From Eledone cirrhosa (taxonomy: Eukaryota), in assembly GCA_964016885.1 (NCBI GenBank), contig OZ024748.1:27094001-27158000 (forward strand): a stretch of DNA of 64,000 bases, given 5' to 3'. The position numbers were made by a program, and so were the translations under genes. The notes beneath the pieces are model-generated. The model was given only the letters and a program-made list of their open reading frames with translations. It was not told where the DNA came from and searched no databases. Below are positions 1 to 12,232 of the stretch, piece after piece. Position 1 is the first letter of the stretch. Every line of letters begins with the position of its first letter.

Positions 1-2924
1 TGTCTGTGTGTCCATCTCTTCATATTTGTGTCGATGTGTTGGTATGTATGCATGTGTATTGGCATGTTTGTGTGGGTGTATTTGTGTGTTTGTGTTTGTA
101 TGTGACACAGCATTTTTATGCATTTGTTTGTATGTGTGCGTGTGTTTGCGTGTGTGTATGTTTGCGTGTGTATGTATGATGTGTATATATATATATGTAG
201 GCTTCCTAGTAGGTCAGTGTACCTCTCCAGTATATTTTACTTGTTACATCTGTATATCATGACAGGTGTAGCAAGTAAAAGGACTCCATATGAAACACGT
301 GACGAGCCCTGCACTGCTAACCCTTGTTTTAGCTGGGTAAATGGCACATTGTTGTATAGTGTTGATGATGATGATGATGATGATAATCATAATGATCATG
401 ATGATCATGTTGGTATTGATGTTGCTGCTGATCATGGTGATGATGATGATTATAATCATTGGTGATGCTGATGTTACTGCTGATGATTAGGATCATGGTG
501 ATGATGATGATGGTTGTTTTTCTTTCACTATTGTGTACATAATTTACAGTATTGCTATGAGTGAACACATAGTCTTAGGTAAACAGTGCAGGAATACCAC
601 TACATACCCTTCTACCTCCTATGCCTTTCTCCCTCATACACTCACACATACATATATACACATAGACACGTCATATCTATATACACATACACGTCATATC
701 TATACAGCATCAATCGCCGTTACATTCCAAACTCTGCTCTGCTGTAAATTCAAGAAAATGAACAATATGAAAATTATTTGAAATTTCGGCCATGTTCTGG
801 TGCATTATTCTTACCATTCCTCTGTTGCTGTTTAACCCTAGGTCAGCCCCGATCCAGTTGACCTATGATGAAAGACACTCTAGCCGTAACCATCATATCT
901 ATTTTTTTTTAATACCAGAGACAATTTTATTGTTCAATGTGGCAATCTTTATTTAAGACTGTGATTTGAAGGAGATTTGGCTGCTATTTTTAGCAGGTTC
1001 AGAAAACACATAGAAGCTCCTTCGGCTCATATGAACCTAGGCAGGATTTGACTTCATAATATAAAGGGAAGTAACTAAATACCACAAGTTTTGACTAATG
1101 CCCTACTGATTTTGCCATTCACTTGTCTCTTTCTCTCTCTTTCTATATATATACATACATACATACACTCCTTGTTGTTGCAGTTGTTTAGCCCCAAGTC
1201 AACTTTGCTCAAGCAGACCCTTGGTAATCAGACATTCCAGCTGTGATCATCCCATCATTTTACATATACATGATGTGCGTTTATATTTACACTGCTTAAC
1301 AACCTGTGTTGTTTGTTTATTGTCTTGTAACTGCTTAACAACCTGTGTTGTTTGTTTATTGTCTTGTAACTTTGGTTTCTTTTCCTTAAGACCCTTTCCA
1401 TCACCATGAAACCCATTTTATTCACTTCAAATCTTCCTTCACCCCACCAAATCTTTCACTTTTGCTCCCTTTATACTTCCTTTTATTCATACCAAATATC
1501 AACCCTTCTCTCACTTCACTTCATTCCTCAAACTTCTCTCACATATTCATTTGAGTATTGCCATCCTTTATCTCAAAGCTATTTCACCCTCACCTTAAAA
1601 TTCCTTCTCTTACTACCATTTATTCAAGTCACCCCAAAAATCAACTCTATCCTCCATATCTCACTTGACTACTTTACACATGTCCCTGTGATATATCATC
1701 TCTTTATAGGCCACATCACTGGCCTTTTGGCTAAATCTCTCCTGGTGTTTTTATTAAAAATATGAAATTCTCTCATCCCCGAGCAAATTTTATAACTACA
1801 GTCTTATATTGTTGATTAATTGTAAATATTTTCTGTTACAAATTATGAAAATATAAATTCTATCACAAAATTAAAATTATCAGTAAAGAAATTTTGTTTC
1901 TGTCATTGATTTTTTGTTGTCTTTATTGTTAATGTTATACTATGTGATGCTGTTTTAGAGTAGATAAACTGTATCCCTGCATGTTGTAAGAGATGGCTAT
2001 CCCAGTCAAAATACAGTTCTGTCTGAGTAAGGTACAGCGCAACCAGTTGGCCAGATTTCTCTCATGACATGGGCGACCCGTCTAACCCATGCAAGCATGG
2101 AAAAATAGACGTTAAAAAGTTATGATGATGATATATATCTATCTATATATGTATGTGTGCATGTTGAACAATGAAAACAAAATAATAATAATGAAACATT
2201 GTGTACTAAAAAGAACAGTCAAGTTTACTCGACATTTAAAGTAGCTCTACAAATTCAAGAAGCCAAATTTATCAAAGGTATATATTGAGTTAGAAACTCA
2301 AAATAGTCTCTTACAATTAAATAGCTGAAGGAAAAAAGTTTTTCCGGGCTGTGTAATATAATTGAATATAAAAGAGAGATAAACACAGATATATACATAT
2401 ATGTGTTCAAATCGTAAGGAACCAGATTCGCTAGGGTGAAAAAAGTAGTAACTATAAATATATATAAATTCATATGTGGGAAAAGCAAGCAAGATAAAAT
2501 GTTACCTACTTCAAATATCACAACTGTACTTTCGCTGTGTAAGATTGACATCAGATATTTTAATAAGTTAGGATATCAAAGATTTAGAGAATAATGGCTC
2601 CTCAGAGGACCTTTTCACATCAAAAGATATCAAGTGACTGCTACATCATCATCATCACCACTTAATGTCTATTTTCAGTGTATGAGATAGACGGGTTGTC
2701 ATGTTATGAGGTTAGGCAGTGACCACGATCATGTGATCTATTCTTGGTTTGATTTTTTTCACCTGGAAGGCCTTTGCATTGCTAACCTCATTTCAGCACG
2801 TGTTGGGAAATTTTTTATGGCACCAGCATTAACCACCTTACAAGGTGAACTGGCTACTTTTTTTATGATAGTAATAAAATATACATACAAATATATCGTA
2901 TTTTATAAAGGATTGAGCAAATTA

Positions 2925-3092
2925 TGAATTTTGAATGCATGTTAGCTTAAAGTTAACTGCTTCAATGCAGGTGTTTGACCATGAAAAATAGTCAAACAAG
3001 TTGGGCACATAAGCCCAACTTGTTCAATTATTTTTCAGTCAAAAACTTGTGTTGAAGCAGTTAACTTTAAGCTAATATACATTCAAAATTCA
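2925..3092. repeat. Long imperfect palindrome (MITE-like foldback)
   Basis: ~80-bp arms TGAATTTTGAATG...AACAAGTTGGGC / GCCCAACTTGTT...CATTCAAAATTCA around a 6-nt loop. Confidence 0.85.
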
Positions 3093-3208
3093 CAGAGTTG
3101 AGATAATACCTTCTTATCCACATAGAACCTTTCACTCTTTTTTTTATAAAATCCTTGAACCTACTCGCTGCTGGAACTCAATATAGGCGAAAACATATAG
3201 TTTAAACA

Positions 3209-3341
3209 TGGGGTATGGTGCATTGGCTTGATAATGACCAGAGGGGTATGGTGCATTGGCTTGATAATGACCAGAGGGGTATGGTGCATTGGCTTGATAA
3301 TGACCAGAGGGGTATGGTGCATTGGCTTGATAATGACCAGA
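3209..3341. repeat. 33-bp tandem repeat x4
   Basis: GGGGTATGGTGCATTGGCTTGATAATGACCAGA repeated. Confidence 0.95.
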
Positions 3342-3519
3342 GTCAGAAACAATGACGGCATTGTTGTCAGTTAACTGTCCCTAGTATCTGCTGGAATCTG
3401 TTAGATGGCACTGCGCCATTAGTTTCCCAATTCATAGCTGAAGGCTTTCAAAATGATTATTTATAAACATACCATATATCGCTAGATATAGAAATTCACA
3501 TACTTCTTATATACATATG

Positions 3520-4075
3520 TATGACCAAATTAGCAGCAGAGGAGAGTGTTCTGAAAGTAAAGTAGCCAGAGTAAGAATGGGATGGAAGAAGTTCAGAGAG
3601 CTACTACCACTGCTAGCTACAAAAGGCTTTTTCCTCAAAATGAAAGGCAGACTGTATGATGCGTGCATACAAACAGCAATGTTGCATGGTAGTGAGACCT
3701 GGGCGTTGTGTGCAGAAGACTTATGAAGATTAGAAAGGAATGAAGCTTGCATGCTCTGATGGATGTGTAATAGTAATATACGTGAACAGAAAAGCATAAA
3801 CATATTGAAAGAGCAGCTAGGCATAAGAGGAATCAGATGCAGTGGGGAGGTGAGGAGATTGAGTTGGTATGGACATGTGATGCATATGAAGGATAGCAGC
3901 TGTATAAAAGAGTGTAGAGAAATCAAAATTGATGGAAACTATGGAATGAATAGACCAAGAAAAACCTGGGACGAGGTGATAAAAACTGACCTTGCTCACT
4001 TACACCTCTCTGAGACAATGTCACTGCATCGAGATTTTTGACGCTAGGCAGTTATACAGAAGACCGGCCTTTCCT
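3520..4075 (+). mobile_element. RTE-clade LINE 3' fragment (degenerate)
   Basis: ARVRMGWKKFRELLPLL...LYDACIQTAMLHGSETW...RRLSWYGHVM...RPRKTW with stops. Confidence 0.88.
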
Positions 4076-4614
4076 TGCATACAAACTTAAACCTACAGTC
4101 AGTAGGCACCTCTTAATCCAATATACACCCCACCTCACATAATCTACTCTATCCTCCTAGACAATATGCCCTCACCCCCTCCCACTGTAAAGTGGTTGTG
4201 TAGATGACACGACAAAAAGCACCCAGTCCACACTGTAAAGTGGTCATGTAGGAGACATGGTAAAAAGGCTCCCAGTCCACACTAAATGTGGTTGGTGTTA
4301 GGAAGGGCATCCAGCCGTAGAAGACCTGCCAGAGACAGTTCTGTATGAGTGAAACACGGTCTCCCGACCAATCTCACCTCAACTGGGACAAAACCATCCT
4401 ACCCATGCTAACGTAGATGATGATCCAGCTGTAGAAACCAAGCAAGAATCAGTCTTGTATGAGCAAAACATGGTCACCTGACCTAGCATTGCCCACAACA
4501 GGACAACCAGTCTAACCCATGCTAGCGTGGAAAATAGACGTAAAATGGAGGTGATGATGATATATGTATATACACAGAAATATATATATATACCATTATC
4601 ATAATATATCATCA

Positions 4615-5075
4615 TCATCATCATTTTACATCCATTTTTCCCTGCTTACAAGGGTGGGATAGGTCTTATTCAGCACAGCATCTCTCCATTCGTCACAGTC
4701 CTTCGTCATCTCCTCCGTGAACTTCAGCGATCTGAGGTCTACTCTCACCACCTCCGCCCATGTTTTTTGTTGTCTTCCTCGACTGCGTCTTCCTTCTACT
4801 GGGATTTCTTGGCACTTCTTTACCCAGCAGTCATCCTCCATGCACATCACATGTCCATACCAATGCAGTCTTCTCTCCCGCACACTACAGCCTATCCCTC
4901 TTATACACAGTTTCTCTCTCAACTCGTCTATGCTTGGTCGTTCACGCACATTGACATTGCACATCCATTGGACCATGATTGCTTCATTTCTCTCCAGCCA
5001 TCGCATATCCTCTGCAGTTGCTGCCCATGTCTCACTACCATACAGCATTGCGCATCTCACACAGGCATGTATGTT
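4615..5075 (-). mobile_element. RTE-clade LINE 3' fragment with (GAT)n tail
   Basis: AMLYGSETW...RRLHWYGHVM...RGRQQKTW. Confidence 0.88.
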
Positions 5076-6979
5076 AAGTTGGTACCACAAAACATCCAGC
5101 CCACACTGTAAAGTGGTTGTGTAGGTGTCATGACAAAAAGCCCTGTAAAACACTGTAAATGTGGTTGGCACCAAGAAGGGCATCCAGTCATACAAAACCA
5201 ACCAGAAACAGTCCTATATGAACGAGACATGGTCACCCGACCCAACTTGCCTATAAATGGGACAAACCCGTCTGACCCATGCTAGCGTGGAAGATTGATG
5301 TTAAACAATGATGATGAGGATAATGATATATATCATCATCATCACCATTTTACATCCATTCTTCCACGCTAGCATGGGTTAGACGGGTTGTCCTCTTGTG
5401 GGCAGTGTGCGGTCGGCTGACCATGTCTTGCTCATACAGGAATTTATTTTGGCTTGATTTCCACAGCTGGATGCTCTTCCTAACACCAACCTAATTTACA
5501 GTGAGTGCTGGGTACTTTTTTTCCGTGTCGCTTACACGACCACTTTACAGTGTGGGCTGGATGCTTTTTTGCCGTGGCACCTCCACGACCACTTTGCAGT
5601 GGGAGGGGGTGAGGGCATATTGTCTATATGCTTCAGCTTCTGCTTGTACCCGTGGGAAGTCGGGTCTTCTGTATTACTGTGTGACATCTGAGGTCATATA
5701 TATATATATATGTAAAAGGTAAACAGAAATAACAACTATATGGAAGGAATATAAATATACATATAAATATATATGTATATATACATATATATATATACAC
5801 ACACATACATATATATACATATATATACACATACATATATATATATATATACACACACATATACATATATATATATATATACACATACATATGAAAGAAC
5901 AATAAATAAACACATATGAGGCAATGTGGAATTTTATTTATGAGAATAATTGTTAAATATTTCCTAATGGTTTCTAATTTAGGCACAAAGTTAGCAATTT
6001 AAACAATTAAAACAAAATTTAATACAAAAATAATTCAAATGACATAATTATTATCATTACAAATACAGGTAAAACCACCAATTATTACAAATATATGTAA
6101 TCCACCAATTATTATAAATACAGGTAAACCACCAATTATTATAAATACAGGTAAACCACCAATTTTATGGCCCCTTATTGAATCATCCGTTTGGCCAGAG
6201 TATATAATAATTCTCTAGAAACATTATGAAGCCAGAAACACTTTTTTTACCTCTTCAACTACAATAATATTAAAATTAAATCTCACACTATGTAATTGAT
6301 TGACAAGATCTCAGACCTCACTTGCTTACCAAGTGGGGTGGAACTTGTCAAATCAGGTCAAGGAAACAATGTTTCTATTGGTCTTTCCATTCTTGGACCG
6401 GGCAATATGTTATATTCTTGAGCAAGACACTTTATTTCATGTTGCTCTTTCTGCTAGGAGTTACGGCCGGTAGATAGTATCAGCAATGGAACCACTAAGC
6501 CACGTGCATTCATCTCATAACTAATCTGGGAAGGTCACAGAAAATCCAGGTGTCTATCCATAATTACATCTGGATTAAATGTGGTGCTGGATTGTGAATT
6601 GTCAGAAAATTGGTGGTGTACCTGTATTAATTTATTTCTTCTTCTTTGCGTAAGAAAAATTCTCATTTATATCCTTACAAGTATTAACTTTTACAACACC
6701 GGTTGCAAGCCTAATATTTCAGTAGGTGTATGTGGGGTTACAGTCAACTAGATGTGGGGTTACAGTCAACTAGATGTGGGGTTACAGTCAACTTATTTTA
6801 TCTACCACAGAAGGGTAAATGGTTAAATTGACCATGATTCAATTTGAACTCAGAATGTAATCAAGAGTTGTAGCTAAAGTGTGGTGAGGGAGTTTTACCA
6901 ATGCTCTAACGATTCTGCCAACTCCTGAGGCTTTCATAACAAAAAATAGTATCTTGTTTAAAAAAAAACATATATATAA

Positions 6980-7140
6980 ATGTGGTTAGTGTTAGGAAGG
7001 GCATCCAGCCGTAGAAAACCTGCCAGATAGTCCTATATGAGCGAGACACGGTCACCCGACCAAGCTTGCCTCAAGTGGGACAACTCCCGTCTAACCCATG
7101 CTAGCGTGGAAAGTGGACGTTAAACGAGGATGATGATGAT
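6980..7140 (+). mobile_element. Short retroposon with RTE-type 3' tail (related copies ~2030-2130, 4280-4560, 5150-5320, 5340-5500 minus, 7950-8110)
   Basis: Recurrent GGTGTTAGGAAGGGCATCCAGCCGTAG...CCCATGCTAGCGTGGAAA..GGACGTTAAACGATGATGAT; tail shared with the RTE end at 14550-14610. Confidence 0.75.
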
Positions 7141-7471
7141 ATATATATATCATCATCATCATCATTTCATTTTACATCCACTTTTTCCCTGCTTGCAAGG
7201 GTGGGGCAGGAACTGATTCTGGCTTGATTTCTACAGCTGGATGCCCTTCCTAACACCAACCTCATTTGGGTGCTTTTTTGCCGTGGCACCTCCACGACCA
7301 CTTTGCAATGGAATGATAGGGACCCTAGTCCTATCATCTCATTTCTGCAGCTGAGTAAACTGGAGCAATGTGAAATAAAGTGTCTTGCTCAAGGAAACAA
7401 CACATCACCCGGTTGAACTCACAACCTTTTGATTGCAAGGCCAATGTTCTAACCACTAAGCCATGTGCCTC

Positions 7472-7518
<47 letters not shown>

Positions 7519-7573
7519 TTCCGGTTGGTTGGTTGGTTAGTTGGCTCCACAACCAGATGATTGTTTATATATT

Positions 7574-7616
7574 GTCAAAGTTCTTTCGTCACACATTCTG
7601 TGACCTCTTCAGTGAC
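7574..7616 (-). ncRNA. Minimal hammerhead ribozyme motif
   Basis: GTCA-CTGAAGA-G-GTCACA-gaatg-TGTGAC-GAAA-GAAC-TT-TGAC: stem I GTCA/TGAC, stem II GTCACA/TGTGAC. Confidence 0.55.
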
Positions 7617-8461
7617 TGGGGATTCTTTTCTTTGTTTTTGTGCCTCTCCTTTGTTCTGTCCAAGACAATGTCACTGGACCGAGATCTTTGGCGCTACACA
7701 GTAATAGAGAAGACCCGCCTTACCTAAGTACAAAGTGAAATCTACTACAGTCAGTAGGCACCTCTAACAAAATACACCCCCGTCCCACTACCCCCACCCC
7801 ATCCGCACCACCCCTTTCAATGTAAAGTTATGTTGGTACCACAACATCCAGCCCGAAACAAATGAGGTCGTGTAGGTGTCACGACAAAAAACACACAGTC
7901 CACGCTGTAATGTGGCCGTGTAGGTAACACGGTAAAAACCTCCCAGACCCACACTGTAAATGTGGTTGGTGTTAGGAAGGGCATCCAGCCGTAGAAAACC
8001 CGCCAGACAGTCCTATACGAGCAAGACAACCACTCTTGCCTCAAGTGGGAAAACTCCCGTCCAAACCCATGCAAGCATGGAATATGGACGTTAAACGATG
8101 ATGATGATGATGATATACACATATATATACATATATATATATATATACACACAGGTGCAGACATGGCTGTGTGGTTAAAGAGTTCACTTTGCATCCACGT
8201 GGTTTTGGGTTCCCACCATGACTTGTGAGTGAAAATTGGTAGACAGAAATTGCTGAAGCCTGTCATATAACCTCCATGCTTCCTGAAAGTCGCCAACACT
8301 ATACCTGATATCCCCCCTCCATACACATGCACACATGTATATCATGACTCATACACTGTTCATTCATTTTCCTGACATTTGTACATTATTCTATGTACTA
8401 TACATGCACCTTTGATGAGCTGTAGTGCACCTGAGCACTGTACACAATAATTTCATCATTA

Positions 8462-8528
<67 letters not shown>

Positions 8529-8635
8529 CACACACATACATATATATATATATGTATGGAATATGGAATATGGACGTTAAACGATGATGATGATGATGAT
8601 GATGATGATGTGTGTGTGCATGTGTGTATATATAT

Positions 8636-9098
8636 ATATCAGTATATACAGAGAAGTACACATAGAGGTATGTGTTTAATCATAGGGGATAAAAAAAACA
8701 CAAGAGTGATGAACATATTGTATATGTAAGTAGAGCTTCTTAAGTTGGTCCATCACACCACCATGGGCTATATAACACGCATGTTTTCTTCTCTCTACAC
8801 CATGTGCATTTTTTTAGTTATCTGATATATATTTAGAAGTGTGGACCATATTGTAGTCCACCTGTTGACGAGCCCTCTACAATATGTAATCTTCACTTTG
8901 TGTGGTGAAACACACTCTAATTTGAGCATGCCCGTGTGCTATAGTTATTACTAGATGGTTAGTACACTTTAATTTATTCTTTTAATTGATCTGTATTCAC
9001 CTTTCTTTTCGTAGGCAATATGTTTAGCACTAGTGTTTTTTTTTATCCCCAATGATTGAACACATAGCTCTTTGTGTACTTCTCTCTATATACTGATT
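8636..9098. mobile_element. Element with ~85-bp terminal inverted repeats (MITE or Penelope pseudo-LTR remnant)
   Basis: ATCAGTATATACAGAGAAGTACACA...AACATATTG is inverted relative to CAATATGTT...TGTGTACTTCTCTCTATATACTGAT. Confidence 0.7.
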
Positions 9099-9603
9099 TA
9101 TAAAGAGCCCAGAATCTATTCCTTGAGCTCATTAAATTATAGGGGATTAACGTGAGTCTTTAACTCCATTTTTTAATTTGATATATATATATACATACAC
9201 ACACAGCCACACGTGTGAAATATGAGAAATATTGAAAACAATATTTAAACATATTAATACAGAAAAACAAAAAAATAACAATTTGAACATTATTATAAAC
9301 ATGTTATATAAAGTACCAGTAATGTACTGGGTAGTTGCTGGCCTTGTGCCTAAAATAGAAACAATTATTATAAACATGTTATAAATTGGAAATTTTGAAT
9401 AATATAATTGTGTAATATGTCAAAAATAATAGATTTGTGAATAGAAAAAGTAAAAAAATAATTCAGATTTCATAACAAATATTTTCTATATCAATCAAGA
9501 AAAATAGAATTTAATATTTCATATGTGATTGAAAATGCCAACATAGTTCAGAAGAGTGTATATGATATGTTTTATTTCATAGTTCATGTGTGTGTATGCC
9601 TAA

Positions 9604-9634
<31 letters not shown>

Positions 9635-9805
9635 CACACTTACATATATAATTACCTTCATGCATCTATATATATTTTTTAAAATCTAAGAATTTGTGAA
9701 ACTGGTTGGGATAATGTAAATAAAAGAATTCAAATGAATTTTCAACTTCATTTTTTTCTATTATATATATATATATATATGGAGAGAGAGTGAAAGAGAG
9801 AGAGT

Positions 9806-9836
<31 letters not shown>

Positions 9837-10492
9837 CAGTTGGATGCTATTCCTGGCACCTCTTACGACATACAGAGATCCAGTCTACTTATTCTAAACA
9901 CACTGGGAAACACATGTATTCTCAGATATCATACACCTAGGACTCTATTAGTTATAAGGGTTTTAAGTTTAATTTCTTTGGTAAAGCAGGAGTTCGTCTG
10001 GCAGACTCCATGATTCATATTTACCATAGGGTCATTTTTGAAACAATGATTTACCTCCAGACACCTTTCTTGGAGTAAAATATTTTATTCAGTAGATTGA
10101 GATTTGAGGGTGATTTATAGCTACTATTTCTAAACCAGGATACACTCTCAGATATCATATATCTAGAACTATAGTATCAAACAATCTCCTTTATTTAATA
10201 CAATAGATTCAGATTTAAAGGAGATTTAGCTACTAATTCTAGCAGATCAAACGCCACTTAAAGGTTCCCTCATCCTGTAGTTTAATTGTTGTGGCTGAAT
10301 GAGTCTAAATTGATAATCATGTCTTCATTTATTTTCCAGAGGGTGTGGTCTTTGATATCTCACATAGGATGATATTGATTCTATATTGGTTATTATAAAA
10401 TCAATAATTTTCTGTTTACTTCAGTATTATGAGGGAAGTTAGTCTGATTAAATAAAACATGTCCTTGGTAGTCTAGTTTTGAACACATTGTA

Positions 10493-10839
10493 CAGTGTGT
10501 ATGAAAAAGAATCATCTGATTTTAAACAAATGACCATATAACCATGTGGCTACTTGTACAATACATATCTGAATATAAAGTTTTATTCTTTTTTTATAAC
10601 TTTTATAAATTTTTATAAAGTTATTTACAATTGACACAGCAACAAAAAATGTACTGCGTTCTCTGCTTCAACAAGTGTGAGACAGTTATAATTATGCAGC
10701 ATGATTTTTGTAAACAATACAATATTGCACCTCCTTTATATTCAGACATGTATTGTACAATTTACCGCATGATTATATGTTCATTTGATTAAAAAATATA
10801 GCCTTTTGGAATCGGATAATTTCTTTTTGATACACCCTG
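10493..10839. mobile_element. Tc1/mariner-type MITE
   Basis: TA|CAGTGTGTATGAAAAAGAA ... TTCTTTTTGATACACCCTG|TA, TA target duplication, ~90-bp inverted arms. Confidence 0.8.
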
Positions 10840-11762
10840 TATTATATATATATATGTATATATGTATGTATGCACAAAACTAGGCGGGAATTCCAGTTTT
10901 TGAATTTACCCATCATACTGTTTTTCTCACACAGTCGGCTTCCTCTATTTTAGAGGTCACATGTCATGACAACATAGAGCTGCTAGATTTGGGAATCTGG
11001 CAGCCTATGCAACTGTGCTCACTTTAAGACCAAAGTGTTGAGTTTGTGCCACCTGCTGATGAAATGCAATAGCCCGATTGCCTAATATCTGGTGATAATA
11101 CACAATTCTCTGCATATTGCAGTTTTAATAACTGTTGTAGGCAGAATATTGATTAGAAACGGAATCCATCCAGGAGATGGATATAAACGTATCTTTACCA
11201 AAAACACTGCTATAGTACGTACTGACAAACTATGTGTGCACTCTGAACTTTAAGATGCAGTTTCACAACCACAAGCTTATTATCTCATTGAGTGAGTGGG
11301 TCATGGCCAGAAATCGCTGAATTATATATATATATATATGTATGCATATCATCATCATCATCGTTTAACGTCCACTTTCCATGCTAGCATATATATAAAT
11401 GCATTTAAGATATGTATACAAAATTAGGCTTAAACATTGTAAAATTGCAATATTTCCTTTTTATCCTGAGCAATGCTGGGTTGCAGTCTAGCATATATAT
11501 ATATGACTTAAAAATGAATACTCAATGCTACAGTAGGGATTAATATTTTCCTTATCATGGTCAAGTTTGAGTCATGTTACTTTGGAGTTCTGCCTGTGTA
11601 CTCGCTCAAACAAATCTCTCATTTGGCGTTAATAAAGAAAAATATATATATACATATACACACACATACATATAAAACTGGCAAAAACCGAAGTGCTTCC
11701 CTCCTTCATATATATATACATACACACACACACACATATATATATATATATGATTGATTGTA

Positions 11763-11962
11763 CCAGGGTCAGCTTAAATGTTCATAGAGGCTGACCATGA
11801 AGGATTGATGCTAGAGCTGTGAAATCTTTATGCATTAATTTCAACTCTTTTTATTAATAACTACATTTTTTTCTTTCTACATACTATGTTGAAAAATAAA
11901 CCACATTTGGTCATTCCATGAAAATATCTTGGTCAGCCTATGAACTTTTCAGCCAACCCTCA
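11763..11962. mobile_element. mariner-type MITE in the FAIM 3' region
   Basis: TA|CCAGGGTCAGCTTAAATGTTCATAG(AG)GCTGACCA ... TGGTCAGCCTATGAACTTTTCAGCCAACCCTCA|TA. Confidence 0.7.
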
Positions 11963-12073
11963 TATGTATGTATATGTATAGCACTTTTGGAGATTGGAAA
12001 TTGGTGTTACAGAATAAAATACAAACAGACAAAACACGCAATAAAGAATATAAGAAACTAAGTCAGGATAAAT

Positions 12074-12232
12074 TTACGGGTCGTCAAGGTTCACTGGGGG
12101 TATTTCTTGTCCATCGACAAACAGAGAATAAACTATACCAGACCGACGATTGCCGCTACTTGATGCTTGGATGTATGCAGATTGGTCACAGATTTCAAAG
12201 TGGGTCTCAGTACCATTGTCCACAAATTCTGC
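12074..12232 (-). CDS. FAIM: FAIM coding exon 4 (terminal; not in ORF track)
   Basis: tttcag|GCA GAA TTT GTG GAC AAT GGT ACT GAG ACC CAC TTT ... CCG TAA. Confidence 0.94.
   Translation of the reverse strand, partial: AEFVDNGTETHFEICDQSAYIQASSSGNRRSGIVYSLFVDGQEIPPVNLDDP

Noticed and set aside
8-781. Short Cys/Val-, Ile-, His- or Asp-rich ORFs (also 5633-5986, 16766, 18432, 25406, 56821)
   Set aside because: They are translations of (GT)n, (TA)n, (GAT)n and (GGT)n microsatellites.
8860-8920. Hammerhead (TTGACGAGCC...GGTGAAAC)
   Set aside because: The core starts with T rather than C, and I could not find convincing stems I and III.
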